Assembly: GCA_963734495.1 (NCBI GenBank)
Contig: CAVTHK010000011.1
Span: 512,001-576,000, forward strand
DNA: 64,000 nucleotides
Origin: an uncultured Spirochaetota bacterium
GTDB lineage: Bacteria > Spirochaetota > Spirochaetia > SZUA-6 > CAVTHK01
Reading direction: 5' to 3'
The translations under genes were made by a program, and so were the position numbers. Below the pieces are notes generated by a model. That model was not told where the DNA came from. It did not search any database and saw only the letters and a list, made by a program, of their open reading frames with translations. This document shows positions 39,640 through 50,353 of the stretch, piece by piece (position 1 is the stretch's first letter; each line of letters starts with the position of its first letter).

Positions 39640-41016
39640 ATGGAATTGTCCGAGAGGCTCATCGATTTTCGCAGGCGAATACCGGTCAGCGAAGGCTACG
39701 ACGTGGTGGTCGTGGGCGGCGGCTCCGCCGGAATCGCCGCCGCAGTCGCCGCCGGACGCAACGGCGCACGCACGTTGCTGGTCGAGCGCAACGGCTGTCT
39801 CGGCGGGACTTCGACCATCGGGCTGGTCGGCCCGTTCATGACCTCGTACGACGCCCGCAGCCGCGAGCCCGTGGTCGGCGGCGTCTTTTCCGAAGTCGTA
39901 CGCCGGATGGTAGAGAGGGGAGGGGCCGTCGACCCTGCCACGATCCCGCCGGGGACGATCTATTCCTCATTCATCAGCGAAGGCCACGGCCACGTGACCC
40001 CCTTTCAGGCGGAGGTGCTCAAGGCGGTGGCCGACGCCGTCGTCTCGGGCGCCGGCGTCGAGGTCCTGTTCCACTGCGAGTGCATCGACGTGATGCGCGG
40101 CCGCGGAGCGATCCAGGGCGTGATCCTCCACCGCAAACAGGGCACGACCGCGGTTCCCTGCAAGTACGCGGTGGACTGCAGCGGCGACGGCGACCTCGCC
40201 GTCATGGCGGGAGCCGAGTTCGTCCTGGGCCGCGGCGACGGGAAAATGCAGCCGGCTTCCACCTTCTTCCGAATAGGAAACGTCGATGACGTGAAGCTGG
40301 AATCCTGGGTGCGCGAGCACCGGCGTGTCCACGGCGAGGAGCGGCTGTTCGAATGCCTGGTCCTCGAGGCAGCGGAGCGGGGCGAATTCACGGTCCCGCG
40401 GCGCTGGATCAACATCTACCGCGAGCCGCGGCCGGGCGAGTACAGAGTCAACGTCACGCGGGTCATCGGGGTTGACGGCACGAAGAGCGAGGACCTTTCC
40501 CGCGGAGAGATCGAAGGCCGGCGACAGGTCTTCGAAGTCATGGCCTTCCTGCGCGGCCACTGCGCAGGCCTCGAGAACGCGATCCTCCTGCAGGTTGCCG
40601 ACAGTCTGGGGATCCGCGAGACGCGGCACGTGGTCGGGGACTATGTGTTGAGCGGTGATGATGTTCTCGAAGGAAGGCGCTTTCCCGACGCGATCGCGCG
40701 GTACGCGTACGTGGTCGACATCCACGACCCGACGGGCTCCGGCGGGAAGAACCAGCCCATCAAAGGAGACTACTACGAGATCCCGGCGCGCTGCCTCCGC
40801 GTCAAGGGACTGAGGAACGTGATGGTAGGCGGCAGATGCATCTCCGCGGATCACGTCGCCAACTCTTCGCTGCGCGTCATACCAGCGTGCTACGCGACAG
40901 GCGAGGCCGCCGGTGCTCTCGCCGCGCTGGCGGTGCGGCAGGGGGCGGTGGATGCGCGCGAGGTCGCCGTCGATGAGCTGCAGGCGACGCTCCGGCGGCA
41001 AGGCGGAATCCTGTGA
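39640..41016 (+). CDS. FAD-dependent oxidoreductase (FAD_oxidored family)
   Basis: [47 protein letters not shown]. Confidence 0.9.
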   Translation: MELSERLIDFRRRIPVSEGYDVVVVGGGSAGIAAAVAAGRNGARTLLVERNGCLGGTSTIGLVGPFMTSYDARSREPVVGGVFSEVVRRMVERGGAVDPATIPPGTIYSSFISEGHGHVTPFQAEVLKAVADAVVSGAGVEVLFHCECIDVMRGRGAIQGVILHRKQGTTAVPCKYAVDCSGDGDLAVMAGAEFVLGRGDGKMQPASTFFRIGNVDDVKLESWVREHRRVHGEERLFECLVLEAAERGEFTVPRRWINIYREPRPGEYRVNVTRVIGVDGTKSEDLSRGEIEGRRQVFEVMAFLRGHCAGLENAILLQVADSLGIRETRHVVGDYVLSGDDVLEGRRFPDAIARYAYVVDIHDPTGSGGKNQPIKGDYYEIPARCLRVKGLRNVMVGGRCISADHVANSSLRVIPACYATGEAAGALAALAVRQGAVDAREVAVDELQATLRRQGGIL

Positions 41017-43106
41017 CGACGGCAGCCCACCCTGCGCCCCTTGCGCCGCTGCTGGAAGTGCGTGGCCTGAAGACCCATTTTGCCACGAATGCAGGGCTGG
41101 CCCGTGCCGTCGATGGGGTCAGCCTCACCCTTGCCCACGGCCGCACGCTCGGGATCGTGGGCGAGTCCGGATGCGGCAAGAGCGTCACTGCGCTGTCGAT
41201 CATGCAGCTCGTACCGCCGCCCGGCCGGATCGTCGCCGGGCAGGTTCTGCTGGAAGGCGAAGAGATGGTCGGCAGGCCCGAGCGCGAGCTGCGCAGGATC
41301 CGCGGCAAGGAGATCTCGATGATCTTCCAGGAGCCGATGACGTCGCTCAATCCGGTCTACAACGTCGGGTCCCAGATCGCGGAGGCGATCAGCTATCACC
41401 AGAAGCTGAGCGGGCGGTCCGCCCGGGCCGCGGCTGTCGAGATGCTCGACCTCGTCGGGATACCGAGCCCGGCAGAACGGGCCGACGATTATCCGCATCA
41501 GATGAGCGGCGGTATGAGACAGCGCGTCATGATCGCCATGGCTCTTTCCTGCCGCCCCAAGCTGCTCATTGCCGATGAGCCGACGACGGCTCTGGACGTG
41601 ACGATCCAGGCTCAAATCCTCGATCTGATGAACCGGCTCCGGACCGACCTTGGCACGGCGATTATCCTCATTACCCACGACATGGGAGTCATCGCCGAAA
41701 TGGTCGACGAGGTCGCCGTGATGTATGCGGGCAGGGTCGTGGAGATGGCTCCGGTCGGAGCCCTGTTTGCAGCGCCGTGCCACCCCTACACCTGGGGCCT
41801 GCTCGCGTCGATGCCCAGGTTGAACGAGAAGCGAGAGCGATTGAGGGTCATAGAGGGCGCGGTACCGAGCTCGACGGACCTTCCATCGGGCTGCCGCTAC
41901 CGCCCCCGCTGCGAATGGGCGAGGGAGCTCTGCCGCCTCAAGGAGCCGCCGTTGGGCGAGCTGGGGCCCGGGCACCTGGCCGCTTGCTGGGCACACTCCG
42001 ACTATGCCGACGCTCCTGCTCCGTCAGGGAATTACAGGCCGGTCTCGGTGGACTGGTCATCGCGCGCCCGCGCGCCGCAGGTAGAGGTCAGGATGCGAGT
42101 CGAGGGTGTGCCATCGAGCGGCGGCAGCGCCGCCGGGCCGCTCCTCGAAGTCGATCGGCTCACGAAGTATTTTCCCTCCGCCAGGAGGACGGGCCGGCCG
42201 CGCGGCGCGTCGCAGGTCAAGGCCGTCGACGGCGTGAGCTTTGCGATCAACAGGGGCGAGACGCTGGGCCTGGTCGGCGAGAGCGGCTGCGGCAAGACTT
42301 CCACAGGGTGGCTGATCCTGCGCCTCATCGAGCCCACAGCCGGGAAGGTGGTCTTCGATGGCCGGGACGTCTTCTCTTTGGGCAGAGCGGATATGCGCCG
42401 GCTGCGGCGCCACATGCAGATAGTCTTTCAGGATCCGTATTCCTCGCTGAATCCGCGGATGACCGTGCGGGACATCATCGCGCAGCCCCTGATGATCCAT
42501 CAGCTCGGCACGAAGGCGGAGAACGAAGAACGCGCGCAGGGGCTCTTGTCTGTGGTCGGCCTCACGCGCGATATGGCGATGCGATACCCCCACGAGCTGA
42601 GCGGAGGCCAGCGGCAGCGGGTGGGGGTTGCGCGCGCTCTCGCCCTGAGCCCGAAGCTTGTGATCTGCGACGAGCCGGTCTCGGCCCTGGACGTGTCCAT
42701 TCAAGCTCAGATCATCAACCTGCTCCAGGACCTTCAGCAGACCTTCGCGCTCACGTATCTGTTCATAGCGCACGACCTGTCGGTCGTTAAGCACATCTCA
42801 ACGAGAGTCGGCGTCATGTACCTCGGAAAGATGGTAGAGCTGGCAGCTAAGGACGACCTGTTCGGCGAGCCACTGCACCCCTACACCAAGGCGCTTCTCT
42901 CCGCCATCCCGGTCCCGGACCCGAGGGCGCGCAGCAGGCGCCAGATACTCAGCGGCGACATACCGAGCGCCATCGACCCCCCTTCGGGGTGCCGATTCCA
43001 TACTCGGTGCCCGGTCGCGGCGCCTGTCTGTCGCGCCGAGGCGCCGCCTTTCCGGCGAACGCGCGACGCACACTGGATCGCTTGTCACCTGGTCGCGGAC
43101 TCGTAG
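41013..43106 (+). CDS. Fused DppD-DppF ABC ATPase (two NBDs, each with an oligopeptide C-terminal domain)
   Basis: Two [10 protein letters not shown] and DEP motif sets; two HPYT and PSGCR..RC motifs. Confidence 0.92.
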   Translation: MTTAAHPAPLAPLLEVRGLKTHFATNAGLARAVDGVSLTLAHGRTLGIVGESGCGKSVTALSIMQLVPPPGRIVAGQVLLEGEEMVGRPERELRRIRGKEISMIFQEPMTSLNPVYNVGSQIAEAISYHQKLSGRSARAAAVEMLDLVGIPSPAERADDYPHQMSGGMRQRVMIAMALSCRPKLLIADEPTTALDVTIQAQILDLMNRLRTDLGTAIILITHDMGVIAEMVDEVAVMYAGRVVEMAPVGALFAAPCHPYTWGLLASMPRLNEKRERLRVIEGAVPSSTDLPSGCRYRPRCEWARELCRLKEPPLGELGPGHLAACWAHSDYADAPAPSGNYRPVSVDWSSRARAPQVEVRMRVEGVPSSGGSAAGPLLEVDRLTKYFPSARRTGRPRGASQVKAVDGVSFAINRGETLGLVGESGCGKTSTGWLILRLIEPTAGKVVFDGRDVFSLGRADMRRLRRHMQIVFQDPYSSLNPRMTVRDIIAQPLMIHQLGTKAENEERAQGLLSVVGLTRDMAMRYPHELSGGQRQRVGVARALALSPKLVICDEPVSALDVSIQAQIINLLQDLQQTFALTYLFIAHDLSVVKHISTRVGVMYLGKMVELAAKDDLFGEPLHPYTKALLSAIPVPDPRARSRRQILSGDIPSAIDPPSGCRFHTRCPVAAPVCRAEAPPFRRTRDAHWIACHLVADS

Positions 43107-43354
43107 TGCTGCCCGGCGGTAGCGGCGCGAGCGCGAAGACAGCGTAGTAGTGCTCGGCCGGGCCAAGGGTCGCCGGAAGGGATTCGTTGACGGCGGGTCT
43201 CCTTTTTCTTACAGCTCGAAATCCACAGTTCGAAACGAGAACGTAAGCTGAACCGCGCCCCGCGGTCGCTTTCAGGGCGGAACGGGGCCGGAAGAAGGTG
43301 ACCTTGCCCGTCCGGCCTCGGGGGGACGCTTCCCTTGCCTCCTTTGACCCTTGT

Positions 43355-43383
43355 TTGATCTCGCGGGAGTCGCGTTGTAGGAT
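43355..43383 (+). promoter_or_regulatory. Promoter TTGATC-N17-TAGGAT for the MFP/SecA-like operon
   Basis: Hexamers 17 bp apart, 22 nt before the ATG at 43406. Confidence 0.5.
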
Positions 43384-43405
43384 TCCCGAAAGGGATAGCG
43401 AGATC

Positions 43406-44218
43406 ATGAACGTGCACAGGCCGGTGGTCCGGCGCCTCCTCACAGCCGTTCTCGTCCTGGGCGCGATCCCGCTGCCGGCCCAGGAGTGGGTCCGCGGCAT
43501 CACGGAACCGTATCACGACGTCACTCTGTCTTCGCCGGTGACGGGGATCGTCGTGGCGATCACGCGCAAGGAAGGCGATTCCGTCCGGCAGGGCGAGACC
43601 GTGCTCGAGCTCGAGCGCGACCTCGAGGAGCTGGAGGTCGAGCGACGGCGCCTCATCGCGGAGAGCAAGGCCGAGGTCACCGCCGCGCAGCGCCGCGTCG
43701 AGGCTCTCGCGCTCGACCTGGAGGCGACGCGACGGCTCTTTGCTTCGACGCAGTCGGTGTCCCGCGAAGAGCTGCGCCAGAAGGAGCTCGAGCACGAGCT
43801 GGCGCGCGGCGAATGGGAGCGGCTTCGGGTGGCCGAGGAGCGGGAAGACGTTGAGTACAGGATCGCGGTGGCTCAGCTCCAGAAGCGCCTGATCGTCGCG
43901 CCGTTCTCAGGCATCATCGTCAAGGTTCTCCCGGAGAGAGGGGAGACGGTCCATCCGCAGCAGCCGCTTGTCCGCATCGCCGACGTGTCGCGATGCCGCC
44001 TGGTCGTGTACATGCCCGCGGCCGCTTCGCGGCGGCTGGCGCGGGGCGCGACGGTGAGCGTGAGGGTGGACGGGGCCGGCGCGGCCGTCCCCGGAGTCGT
44101 GGAATACATCGCGCCCGTGGTGGATCCGTCCAGCGGCATGCAGGAGGTCAAGGTCCTCTTCGACAACCCGGACGGCGCGGTTCCACCCGGCGTCTCGGCG
44201 AGCCTGCTCGTGCGCTGA
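43406..44218 (+). CDS. Membrane fusion protein (RND/HlyD periplasmic adaptor)
   Basis: Signal peptide, SSPVTGIV...KEGDSVRQG, IVAPFSG, PVVDPSSG. Confidence 0.88.
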   Translation: MNVHRPVVRRLLTAVLVLGAIPLPAQEWVRGITEPYHDVTLSSPVTGIVVAITRKEGDSVRQGETVLELERDLEELEVERRRLIAESKAEVTAAQRRVEALALDLEATRRLFASTQSVSREELRQKELEHELARGEWERLRVAEEREDVEYRIAVAQLQKRLIVAPFSGIIVKVLPERGETVHPQQPLVRIADVSRCRLVVYMPAAASRRLARGATVSVRVDGAGAAVPGVVEYIAPVVDPSSGMQEVKVLFDNPDGAVPPGVSASLLVR

Positions 44219-44277
44219 GCTGCACTGCAGGCGCCGAAGCGCACCGGCGCCGATGGCGGCCGGCGCCGGCGCGAGCC

Positions 44278-46152
44278 ATGGAAAGGGGTGCGGCCTTGGC
44301 TCAAAAACGGGTCTCGGTCGACGACGAGTCCTACCTCAGGCTTCTCGAAGGCGCGCAGAGACTGCGCCGGTTCGACGGCGAGCCGGCCCGCTTCTGGTCG
44401 GAGTTCCTCCGCAACCTGATGGCCCTGTCCGAGGCGGAGGAGGGCATCATTGCCGTCGGCGACGGCCGGGACGGCGCCTCGTGGCGCGTGCTCGCGCTGG
44501 AGCCGAGGTCCGCCGGCGACCAGGGGAAGCAGCGGCTTGCCGAGATCGCGTCCTTTGCCGGCCGCGCGCTGGAAAAGGGCATGGCGCGGTGGGAGCAGGA
44601 CGGGAGCGAGCTCGTGGCCCTGCGGCTCGAGACGGGGGCGGAGCCCGGGGCGTGCCTGCTCGCGCTCAAGGCGGGCGCGGGACAGGCGTTCACAAACGAG
44701 ACCGTCCGCCGCCTCGGGCTGCTCGCCGACGTGCCGGCCACCTACCAGCTCGCCAGGATCGCGACCGAAGCCAAGACGCGCGTCGAGCACTTTGCCGGCG
44801 TCCTCGACCTGATGGTGCTGATCAACGCGGAGCACCGCTTCCTCGCCGCGGCCATGACCTTCTGCAACGAGCTGGCCTCGCGACACCGCGCGGACCGCGT
44901 CAGCCTCGGATGGCTCGAACGCGGCTACGTGCGCCTGCAGGCCGTGAGCCACGTCGACCGCTTCCAGCGCAAGGCCGAAGCTGCCCAGATGCTCGAGGCG
45001 GCTATGGAGGAGGCGCTCGACCAGGACTCGGAGATCATCCTTCCGCCGCCGGGCGGCGCCGCCGCGGGCGCGGCCGCGCCCATCAGGCGCGACAGCCTGG
45101 CCTTTGCCCGCGCGAACGACATCGCCGACCTGTGCTCGCTCCCGCTGCGCGTCGACGACCAGGCGGTGGCCGTGTGTACCTGCGAGCGGAGCTCCGGGCC
45201 TTTCAGCGAGACGGAGCTGCGGCTCCTGCGCCTGTCCTGCGACCAGGCCGCGCGCCGCCTCGCGGATCTCAAGAGGGGCGATCGATGGGTCGGGGCGCGC
45301 GCGGCCGCTGCTGCGCGCGACCTGCTGCAGAAGGCTCTCGGCTGCGAGCACACCGGGGCGAAGCTCGCCGGCATCGCGGTCGCGGCGCTCCTCGCCGTGC
45401 TGATCTTCGGCAGGATGCCGCACAGGCCGAAGGCTCAGGCGATTCTCAGAGCCGAGACCGTGACCTACCTGACGGCCCCCTTCGACGGCCACCTGGAGAG
45501 CGTGAGGGTCCGCGTCGGCGACGGAGTCAAGAGAGGCGACGAGCTGCTCAGCCTCGATCGGGCCGAGCTCCTCCTCCGGGAGGCCGAGCTTCTTGCGGAA
45601 AAGAGCCGCTACACGAGCGAGCTGGAAAAAGCCCGCGCCTCCAACGCGCTGGCGGACGTGAGGATCGCCCAGGCCAACCTCGAGCAGTCCCAGGCCCGCC
45701 ACGACCTGGTGCGCTACCGGCTCTCCCAGGCCGCGATCACGGCCCCGTACGACGGGGTCGTCGTCGAGGGCGACCTGATGGAGCGCGTGGGCTCTCCGGT
45801 GCGCCAGGGCGACACGCTCTTCAAGCTGGCGCGCCTCGACGCGATGTACGTCGAGCTGGAGATCGCGGAAACGGACATCCAGTACGTGCATGCCGGCCTC
45901 GACGGCGACATCGCGTTTGCCAGCCGGCCCCAGGATCGCTACCCCGTGCGGGTGAGCCGCGCTGAGGCCGTGGCGGTGCCCAAGGAAAAGGGCAGCGTCT
46001 TCGTGTTCCGGGCGCAGCTCCTGGGGGCGACGGAGAGCTGGTGGAGGCCGGGGATGACCGGCGTCGCGCGCCTGGAGGCGGGCAGCCGCAGCCTGCTGTG
46101 GATTCTCACGCACCGCACGCTCGACTTTCTGCGGCTGCGTTTCTGGTGGTAG
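44278..46152 (+). CDS. GAF-like domain(s)-TM-HlyD family adaptor
   Basis: GAF-like RVSLG...AMEEALDQ...SLPL..AV.TCER; APFDG..VRVGD.V..G; WRPGMTG; ends RLRFWW. Confidence 0.82.
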   Translation: MERGAALAQKRVSVDDESYLRLLEGAQRLRRFDGEPARFWSEFLRNLMALSEAEEGIIAVGDGRDGASWRVLALEPRSAGDQGKQRLAEIASFAGRALEKGMARWEQDGSELVALRLETGAEPGACLLALKAGAGQAFTNETVRRLGLLADVPATYQLARIATEAKTRVEHFAGVLDLMVLINAEHRFLAAAMTFCNELASRHRADRVSLGWLERGYVRLQAVSHVDRFQRKAEAAQMLEAAMEEALDQDSEIILPPPGGAAAGAAAPIRRDSLAFARANDIADLCSLPLRVDDQAVAVCTCERSSGPFSETELRLLRLSCDQAARRLADLKRGDRWVGARAAAAARDLLQKALGCEHTGAKLAGIAVAALLAVLIFGRMPHRPKAQAILRAETVTYLTAPFDGHLESVRVRVGDGVKRGDELLSLDRAELLLREAELLAEKSRYTSELEKARASNALADVRIAQANLEQSQARHDLVRYRLSQAAITAPYDGVVVEGDLMERVGSPVRQGDTLFKLARLDAMYVELEIAETDIQYVHAGLDGDIAFASRPQDRYPVRVSRAEAVAVPKEKGSVFVFRAQLLGATESWWRPGMTGVARLEAGSRSLLWILTHRTLDFLRLRFWW

Positions 46153-46156
46153 GGGC

Positions 46157-48313
46157 ATGGCCGAAGAGAGCCAGATATTCCACGAGAGCTGGTATCGTAT
46201 CGCGAACCAGCGCCTCTCCCTGCGCGCGAGCGTGCGCGTGAGGAGGCAGCTGTTCCGGGGGGCGCTCTGGTACGTGCTCTTCGACCCGTTTGGCGACCAG
46301 TTCTACCGGCTGCGCCCGGCGGCCTGGCGGTTCGTGGCGCGTCTCGCGGAGCGGCGTACGGTCGAGGAGGTGTGGAAGGAATCCATAGCCGTCGATCCGG
46401 ACAACGCTCCGGGACAGGAGGAGGTGATCCAGCTTCTCGCGCAGCTCTACCACGCCAACCTCCTGCACTACGAGCTCGCGGCGGACAGCGCGAAGCTCTT
46501 CGAGCGCTACCGGGAGACGAAGCAGAAGATCAGGCGCTCGGCCCTCGCCAACATCATGTTCTTCCGCCTTCCGCTGCTCGATCCCGACGCCGCTCTCCGA
46601 CGCCTCCTGCCGCTCGTGCGGCCTCTGATGGGGCCGTTGGGCGCGGCGATCTGGCTCGCGGTCGTCGGGTGGGGCGCCAAGACCGCGATCGAGAGCTTCG
46701 CCGCGCTCTCGGTGCGGAGCCAGGGGATTCTCGCCCTGCCCAACATCCCTCTGCTCTACCTCGGGATGTTCATCGTCAAGGCGCTCCACGAGCTCGGGCA
46801 CGCCTTTGCCGTGCGGCGGTACGGGGGCGAAGTCCACTCCATGGGGGTCATGTTCCTCATCTTCAACCCGCTGCCGTACGTGGACGCGACCGCGGCCTGG
46901 GCCTTCCGCAGCAAGGGACGGCGGGTGCTGGTGAGCGCGGCCGGCATGATCGTCGAGCTGTTCGTCGCCGCCCTCGCCGTGTTCGTCTGGGCCGGCACGA
47001 AGCCCGGGACGCTGAATGCGCTCGCCTACAACATGATCTTCGTGGCCTCGGTCTCGACGGTTCTCTTCAACATCAACCCTCTTCTCCGCTTCGACGGCTA
47101 CTACATCCTCTCGGACCTGCTCGACATCCCCAACCTCAGCACCCAGGCCGTGCAGCACCTCAGGCACCTCGTGGAGCGCTACGCTTTCGGGTGGAGGAAA
47201 TCGCGCAGCCCGGCCGGCAGCGTCAAGGAGGCCTTCTGGCTGACCGTCTTCGGCATCGCCAGCGGCCTGTACAGGCTCGTGGTCTTCGGATCGATACTCC
47301 TGTTCGTCGCCGACCGGCTCCTGGTGCTGGGAGTGATCATGGCGGGCATCTGCGCGGTCGCGTGGGTGGTCGTGCCGGCGCTGCGGCTCATCCGCTACCT
47401 CGCTTCGGATCCCCGCCTCGAGCGCACGCGGCTGCGCGCGGCGCTCGTGTGCCTCGCGGCGCTCGCCGGATGCGGGGCGCTGCTTTACCTGGTCCCCTTT
47501 CCCGCGAGCTTCCGCGCTCCCGGCGTGCTCGAGGCGACCCAGCACGCATTCGTGGTCAACCCCGTGGACGGCCGCGTCCAGGAGGTCCTCGTGCGGTCGG
47601 GCAATCGGGTGGAGCAGGGGACGCCGCTGGTGCGCCTGGGCAACGACGAGATCGAGCTCGCGATCCGGGAGGCGAACGCCGCCCTCGCCGCGGCCGCGGC
47701 GATGGAGCAGAAGGCCCTCAGCACGAGCCAGGCGGATCTCAAGGCCGTGCAGAGCCTGAGGGACAGCATCACGAAGAGGCTTGAAAAGCTTCGCGAGGAA
47801 CAGAGGGACCTAGTGGTGAAGGCCGACATCCCGGGCGTCTGGATTGCTCCCGACGTCGACGACCTCTCCGGGATGTGGCTGCGGCGCGGGACGCCGCTGG
47901 GAGAGCTGGTGGACGACCGCGGCTTTCGCTTCGCCTCGGTCGTCTCCGAGGACGACGTCTCCCAGGTGTTCTCCGGCAATGTGCTCGCGATCGAAGTGAG
48001 GCTGGCCGGGGAGGCGCACGTCGGCCTCCCGGCGCCCGGCTACGACGTGATCCCTATGGAGCAGAAACGGCTCCCCTCGAGGGCGCTGGGGTTCGGAGGA
48101 GGCGGGGAGATCGCGGTGGAGACGCGCGAGGCGAGCGGGGCCGTGGCGGTCGAGCCCTTCTACGAGGTGAGAGTGAACGTGCCCACCGACCGCGGCGTGG
48201 CGCTCGTGCACGGCCGCTCCGGAACGGTCCGCTTCCGGCTGGGCCCCGAGCCGCTGCTGCGGCAGTGGTACCGGCGCCTGCGCCAGCTCGTGCAGACGCG
48301 CTACCAGATGTAG
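46157..48313 (+). CDS. M50 (site-2) zinc metallopeptidase fused to an HlyD-like adaptor, with a PqqD-like N-terminal domain
   Basis: HELGH, AAGMIVE, NINPLLRFDGYY, C-terminal lipoyl-like VRSGNRVEQGTPL. Confidence 0.85.
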   Translation: MAEESQIFHESWYRIANQRLSLRASVRVRRQLFRGALWYVLFDPFGDQFYRLRPAAWRFVARLAERRTVEEVWKESIAVDPDNAPGQEEVIQLLAQLYHANLLHYELAADSAKLFERYRETKQKIRRSALANIMFFRLPLLDPDAALRRLLPLVRPLMGPLGAAIWLAVVGWGAKTAIESFAALSVRSQGILALPNIPLLYLGMFIVKALHELGHAFAVRRYGGEVHSMGVMFLIFNPLPYVDATAAWAFRSKGRRVLVSAAGMIVELFVAALAVFVWAGTKPGTLNALAYNMIFVASVSTVLFNINPLLRFDGYYILSDLLDIPNLSTQAVQHLRHLVERYAFGWRKSRSPAGSVKEAFWLTVFGIASGLYRLVVFGSILLFVADRLLVLGVIMAGICAVAWVVVPALRLIRYLASDPRLERTRLRAALVCLAALAGCGALLYLVPFPASFRAPGVLEATQHAFVVNPVDGRVQEVLVRSGNRVEQGTPLVRLGNDEIELAIREANAALAAAAAMEQKALSTSQADLKAVQSLRDSITKRLEKLREEQRDLVVKADIPGVWIAPDVDDLSGMWLRRGTPLGELVDDRGFRFASVVSEDDVSQVFSGNVLAIEVRLAGEAHVGLPAPGYDVIPMEQKRLPSRALGFGGGGEIAVETREASGAVAVEPFYEVRVNVPTDRGVALVHGRSGTVRFRLGPEPLLRQWYRRLRQLVQTRYQM

Positions 48314-48324
48314 AGGCCGGATCG

Positions 48325-50310
48325 ATGAGCTTTCTCACGAGCGACTACCGGCGGACCACGATCCGCAAGCCGCGTCCCCTGCTGTCGGGCCTGGACTCCC
48401 GCGTGCACGGGATCTCCGGATTCCTCGCCCACGGCCTCGGCGCTTCCGGGGAGCTCATGGCGAAGGCGGAGGAGACAGACGGCCTCGCTCCGGAGTTCAA
48501 GGATCTCGGGGAGAGCGCCCTCCGCAGGCAGGTGCTCGAGCTTCGCGAGGCCTTCCGCCGCCGCAAGGCGGGCTGCGAAGAGCTGGTTCCCAGGGCGCTC
48601 GCAGCCGTGCGGGAGGTGGCGGCCCGCACGGTGGGCCTGCGTCCGTACGTGGTGCAGCTCGCGGGGGCGCTCGCGCTGCACAAGGGACGGATCGCGGAGA
48701 TGGCCACGGGCGAGGGCAAGACCCTCACCGCCGCGCTGGCGGGCGTGCTCGCCGGATGGACCGGGCTGCCGTGTCACGTGATCACCGTCAACGACTACCT
48801 GGCCGATCGGGACGCCAGGTGGATGGGCCTCATCTACTCGTTCTGCGACGTCTCCGTGGGCTGCGTGACGGGCGAGATGGACCCGGAAGCGCGGCGCGAC
48901 GCCTATTCGCGGGACGTGACCTACGTCACGAACAAGGAGATCGTCGCCGACTTCCTGCGCGATCGCCTCTGGCTCGGCGCGCTGCAGAAGGTCGGTCGAC
49001 GCCAGATCACGGCGCTGCTCGGACACGACGACGAGATCGAGCGCGGGCTGGTGACGCGCGGCATCCACGCCGCGATCGTCGACGAGGCGGACAGCCTCCT
49101 CATCGACGAGGCGGTCACGCCGCTCATCATCTCGAAGGCCCTCCCCAACGAGGTGTTCACAGAGGCCTGCCGCGTGGCGGACGGCCTCGCGTCCGAGCTG
49201 CAGGCGGGCATCGACTACCGCGTCGACCAGAAGCGCAGGGACGTCGAGCTCGCGCCCGCGACCGCCGAGAAGCTTGCCGCCCGCATCCGGGGCTCCGGCG
49301 CGCGCTTCCGGGCGGTGGGCGGCCACCTGGAGCTGGTCCACCAGGCGCTCACGGCGAGGGAGTTCTTCCACAGGGACCAGCAGTACGTGCTGCAGGACGG
49401 CAAGGTCGTCATCGTCGACGAGTTCACCGGGCGCCAGATGCCGCACCGCACCTGGCGCGCCGGGCTCCACCAGTTCATCGAGGCGAAGGAGAGCCTGCCC
49501 ATGACGACGCCGACCGAGACGCTGGCGAGGCTCAGCTTCCAGCGCTTCTACCGCTTTTTCCACAAGCTCTCCGGCATGACCGGCACGGCGTCCGAAGCGG
49601 CCCAGGAGCTCTGGGACATCTACGAGCTGGCGGTCGTGACGATCCCCGAGAACAGGCCGTGCCGGAGGCGGGTCTATCCGGCGCTGGCCTTCGCGGACGA
49701 GGAATCGAAGGCGCGGGCGATCGTGCGGGAAATCGTGGCGCTGCACAGGGAGGGACGGCCGGTCCTGGTCGGCACACGCAGCGTCAAGGCAAGCGAGCAC
49801 CTCGCGTCCCTGCTGGCATCGACGGGTCTCTGGTTCCGGGTGCTCAACGCGGTCCGTCACGCCGAGGAGGCGGCCATCGTCGCCAGGGCGGGCGAGGAAG
49901 GCGCAATCACCGTAGCCACCAACATGGCGGGCCGGGGCACCGACATCCTGCTCGGCGGCGGCGTCGCCGCGCGCGGAGGCCTGCACGTGATCGCTTCGGA
50001 GGGCCACGAGTCGCAGCGCATCGACCGGCAATTGTTCGGCCGCTGCGCCCGCCAGGGCGACCCCGGAAGCGCGAGGCTCTTCGTCAGCCTGGAGGACGAG
50101 ATCATCCGTCGCCATGTCCCCGGGGCGCTGAGGCGGCTGATAGGACGGGAGGTCGCGGCCGGGATGCCGGGCGCCAGGGCGGCCGCGGTGGCGGCGCTGC
50201 GCGCCGGTCAGGCCGCGGCCGAGAGGCTCGCGTACCGCAGGCGCCGCTCCGTGCTGCGGACCGACACGTGGCTCGACGACTCGCTGTCGTTCGCGCCGGA
50301 CGTGTCGTGA
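48325..50310 (+). CDS. Secondary, C-terminally truncated SecA (SecA_DEAD protein, ~661 aa)
   Basis: EMATGEGKT, TVNDYLA.RD, VDEADS.LIDEA, GMTGTA, ATNMAGRGTDI, RIDRQLFGRCARQGDPGS. Ends shortly after SLED. Confidence 0.9.
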   Translation: MSFLTSDYRRTTIRKPRPLLSGLDSRVHGISGFLAHGLGASGELMAKAEETDGLAPEFKDLGESALRRQVLELREAFRRRKAGCEELVPRALAAVREVAARTVGLRPYVVQLAGALALHKGRIAEMATGEGKTLTAALAGVLAGWTGLPCHVITVNDYLADRDARWMGLIYSFCDVSVGCVTGEMDPEARRDAYSRDVTYVTNKEIVADFLRDRLWLGALQKVGRRQITALLGHDDEIERGLVTRGIHAAIVDEADSLLIDEAVTPLIISKALPNEVFTEACRVADGLASELQAGIDYRVDQKRRDVELAPATAEKLAARIRGSGARFRAVGGHLELVHQALTAREFFHRDQQYVLQDGKVVIVDEFTGRQMPHRTWRAGLHQFIEAKESLPMTTPTETLARLSFQRFYRFFHKLSGMTGTASEAAQELWDIYELAVVTIPENRPCRRRVYPALAFADEESKARAIVREIVALHREGRPVLVGTRSVKASEHLASLLASTGLWFRVLNAVRHAEEAAIVARAGEEGAITVATNMAGRGTDILLGGGVAARGGLHVIASEGHESQRIDRQLFGRCARQGDPGSARLFVSLEDEIIRRHVPGALRRLIGREVAAGMPGARAAAVAALRAGQAAAERLAYRRRRSVLRTDTWLDDSLSFAPDVS

Positions 50311-50353
50311 AGGGACGCGATTCTTCCTTGACAGACGGGGGCGAGGGTACAAG

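Noticed and set aside
43107-43350. tmRNA or small gene in the spacer (reverse frame reads ...HYYAVFALA...)
   Set aside because: No tRNA-like ends, no stop after the tag-like stretch and no credible start. At most a gene remnant.
48325-50310. Housekeeping secA or Gram-positive SecA2/SecY2 system
   Set aside because: Too short, and the context is MFP/M50 with no secY2 or asp genes.
1582-50352. Many long alternative-frame or antisense ORFs (e.g. 32455..35073, 23995..26202, 48301..50352)
   Set aside because: They are Arg/Ala/Pro-rich shadows of real genes, expected in high-GC DNA with few stop codons.
50328-50353. Promoter TTGACA...TACAAG for the 50354 gene
   Set aside because: The spacer is only 14 bp, so it was not listed as a feature.
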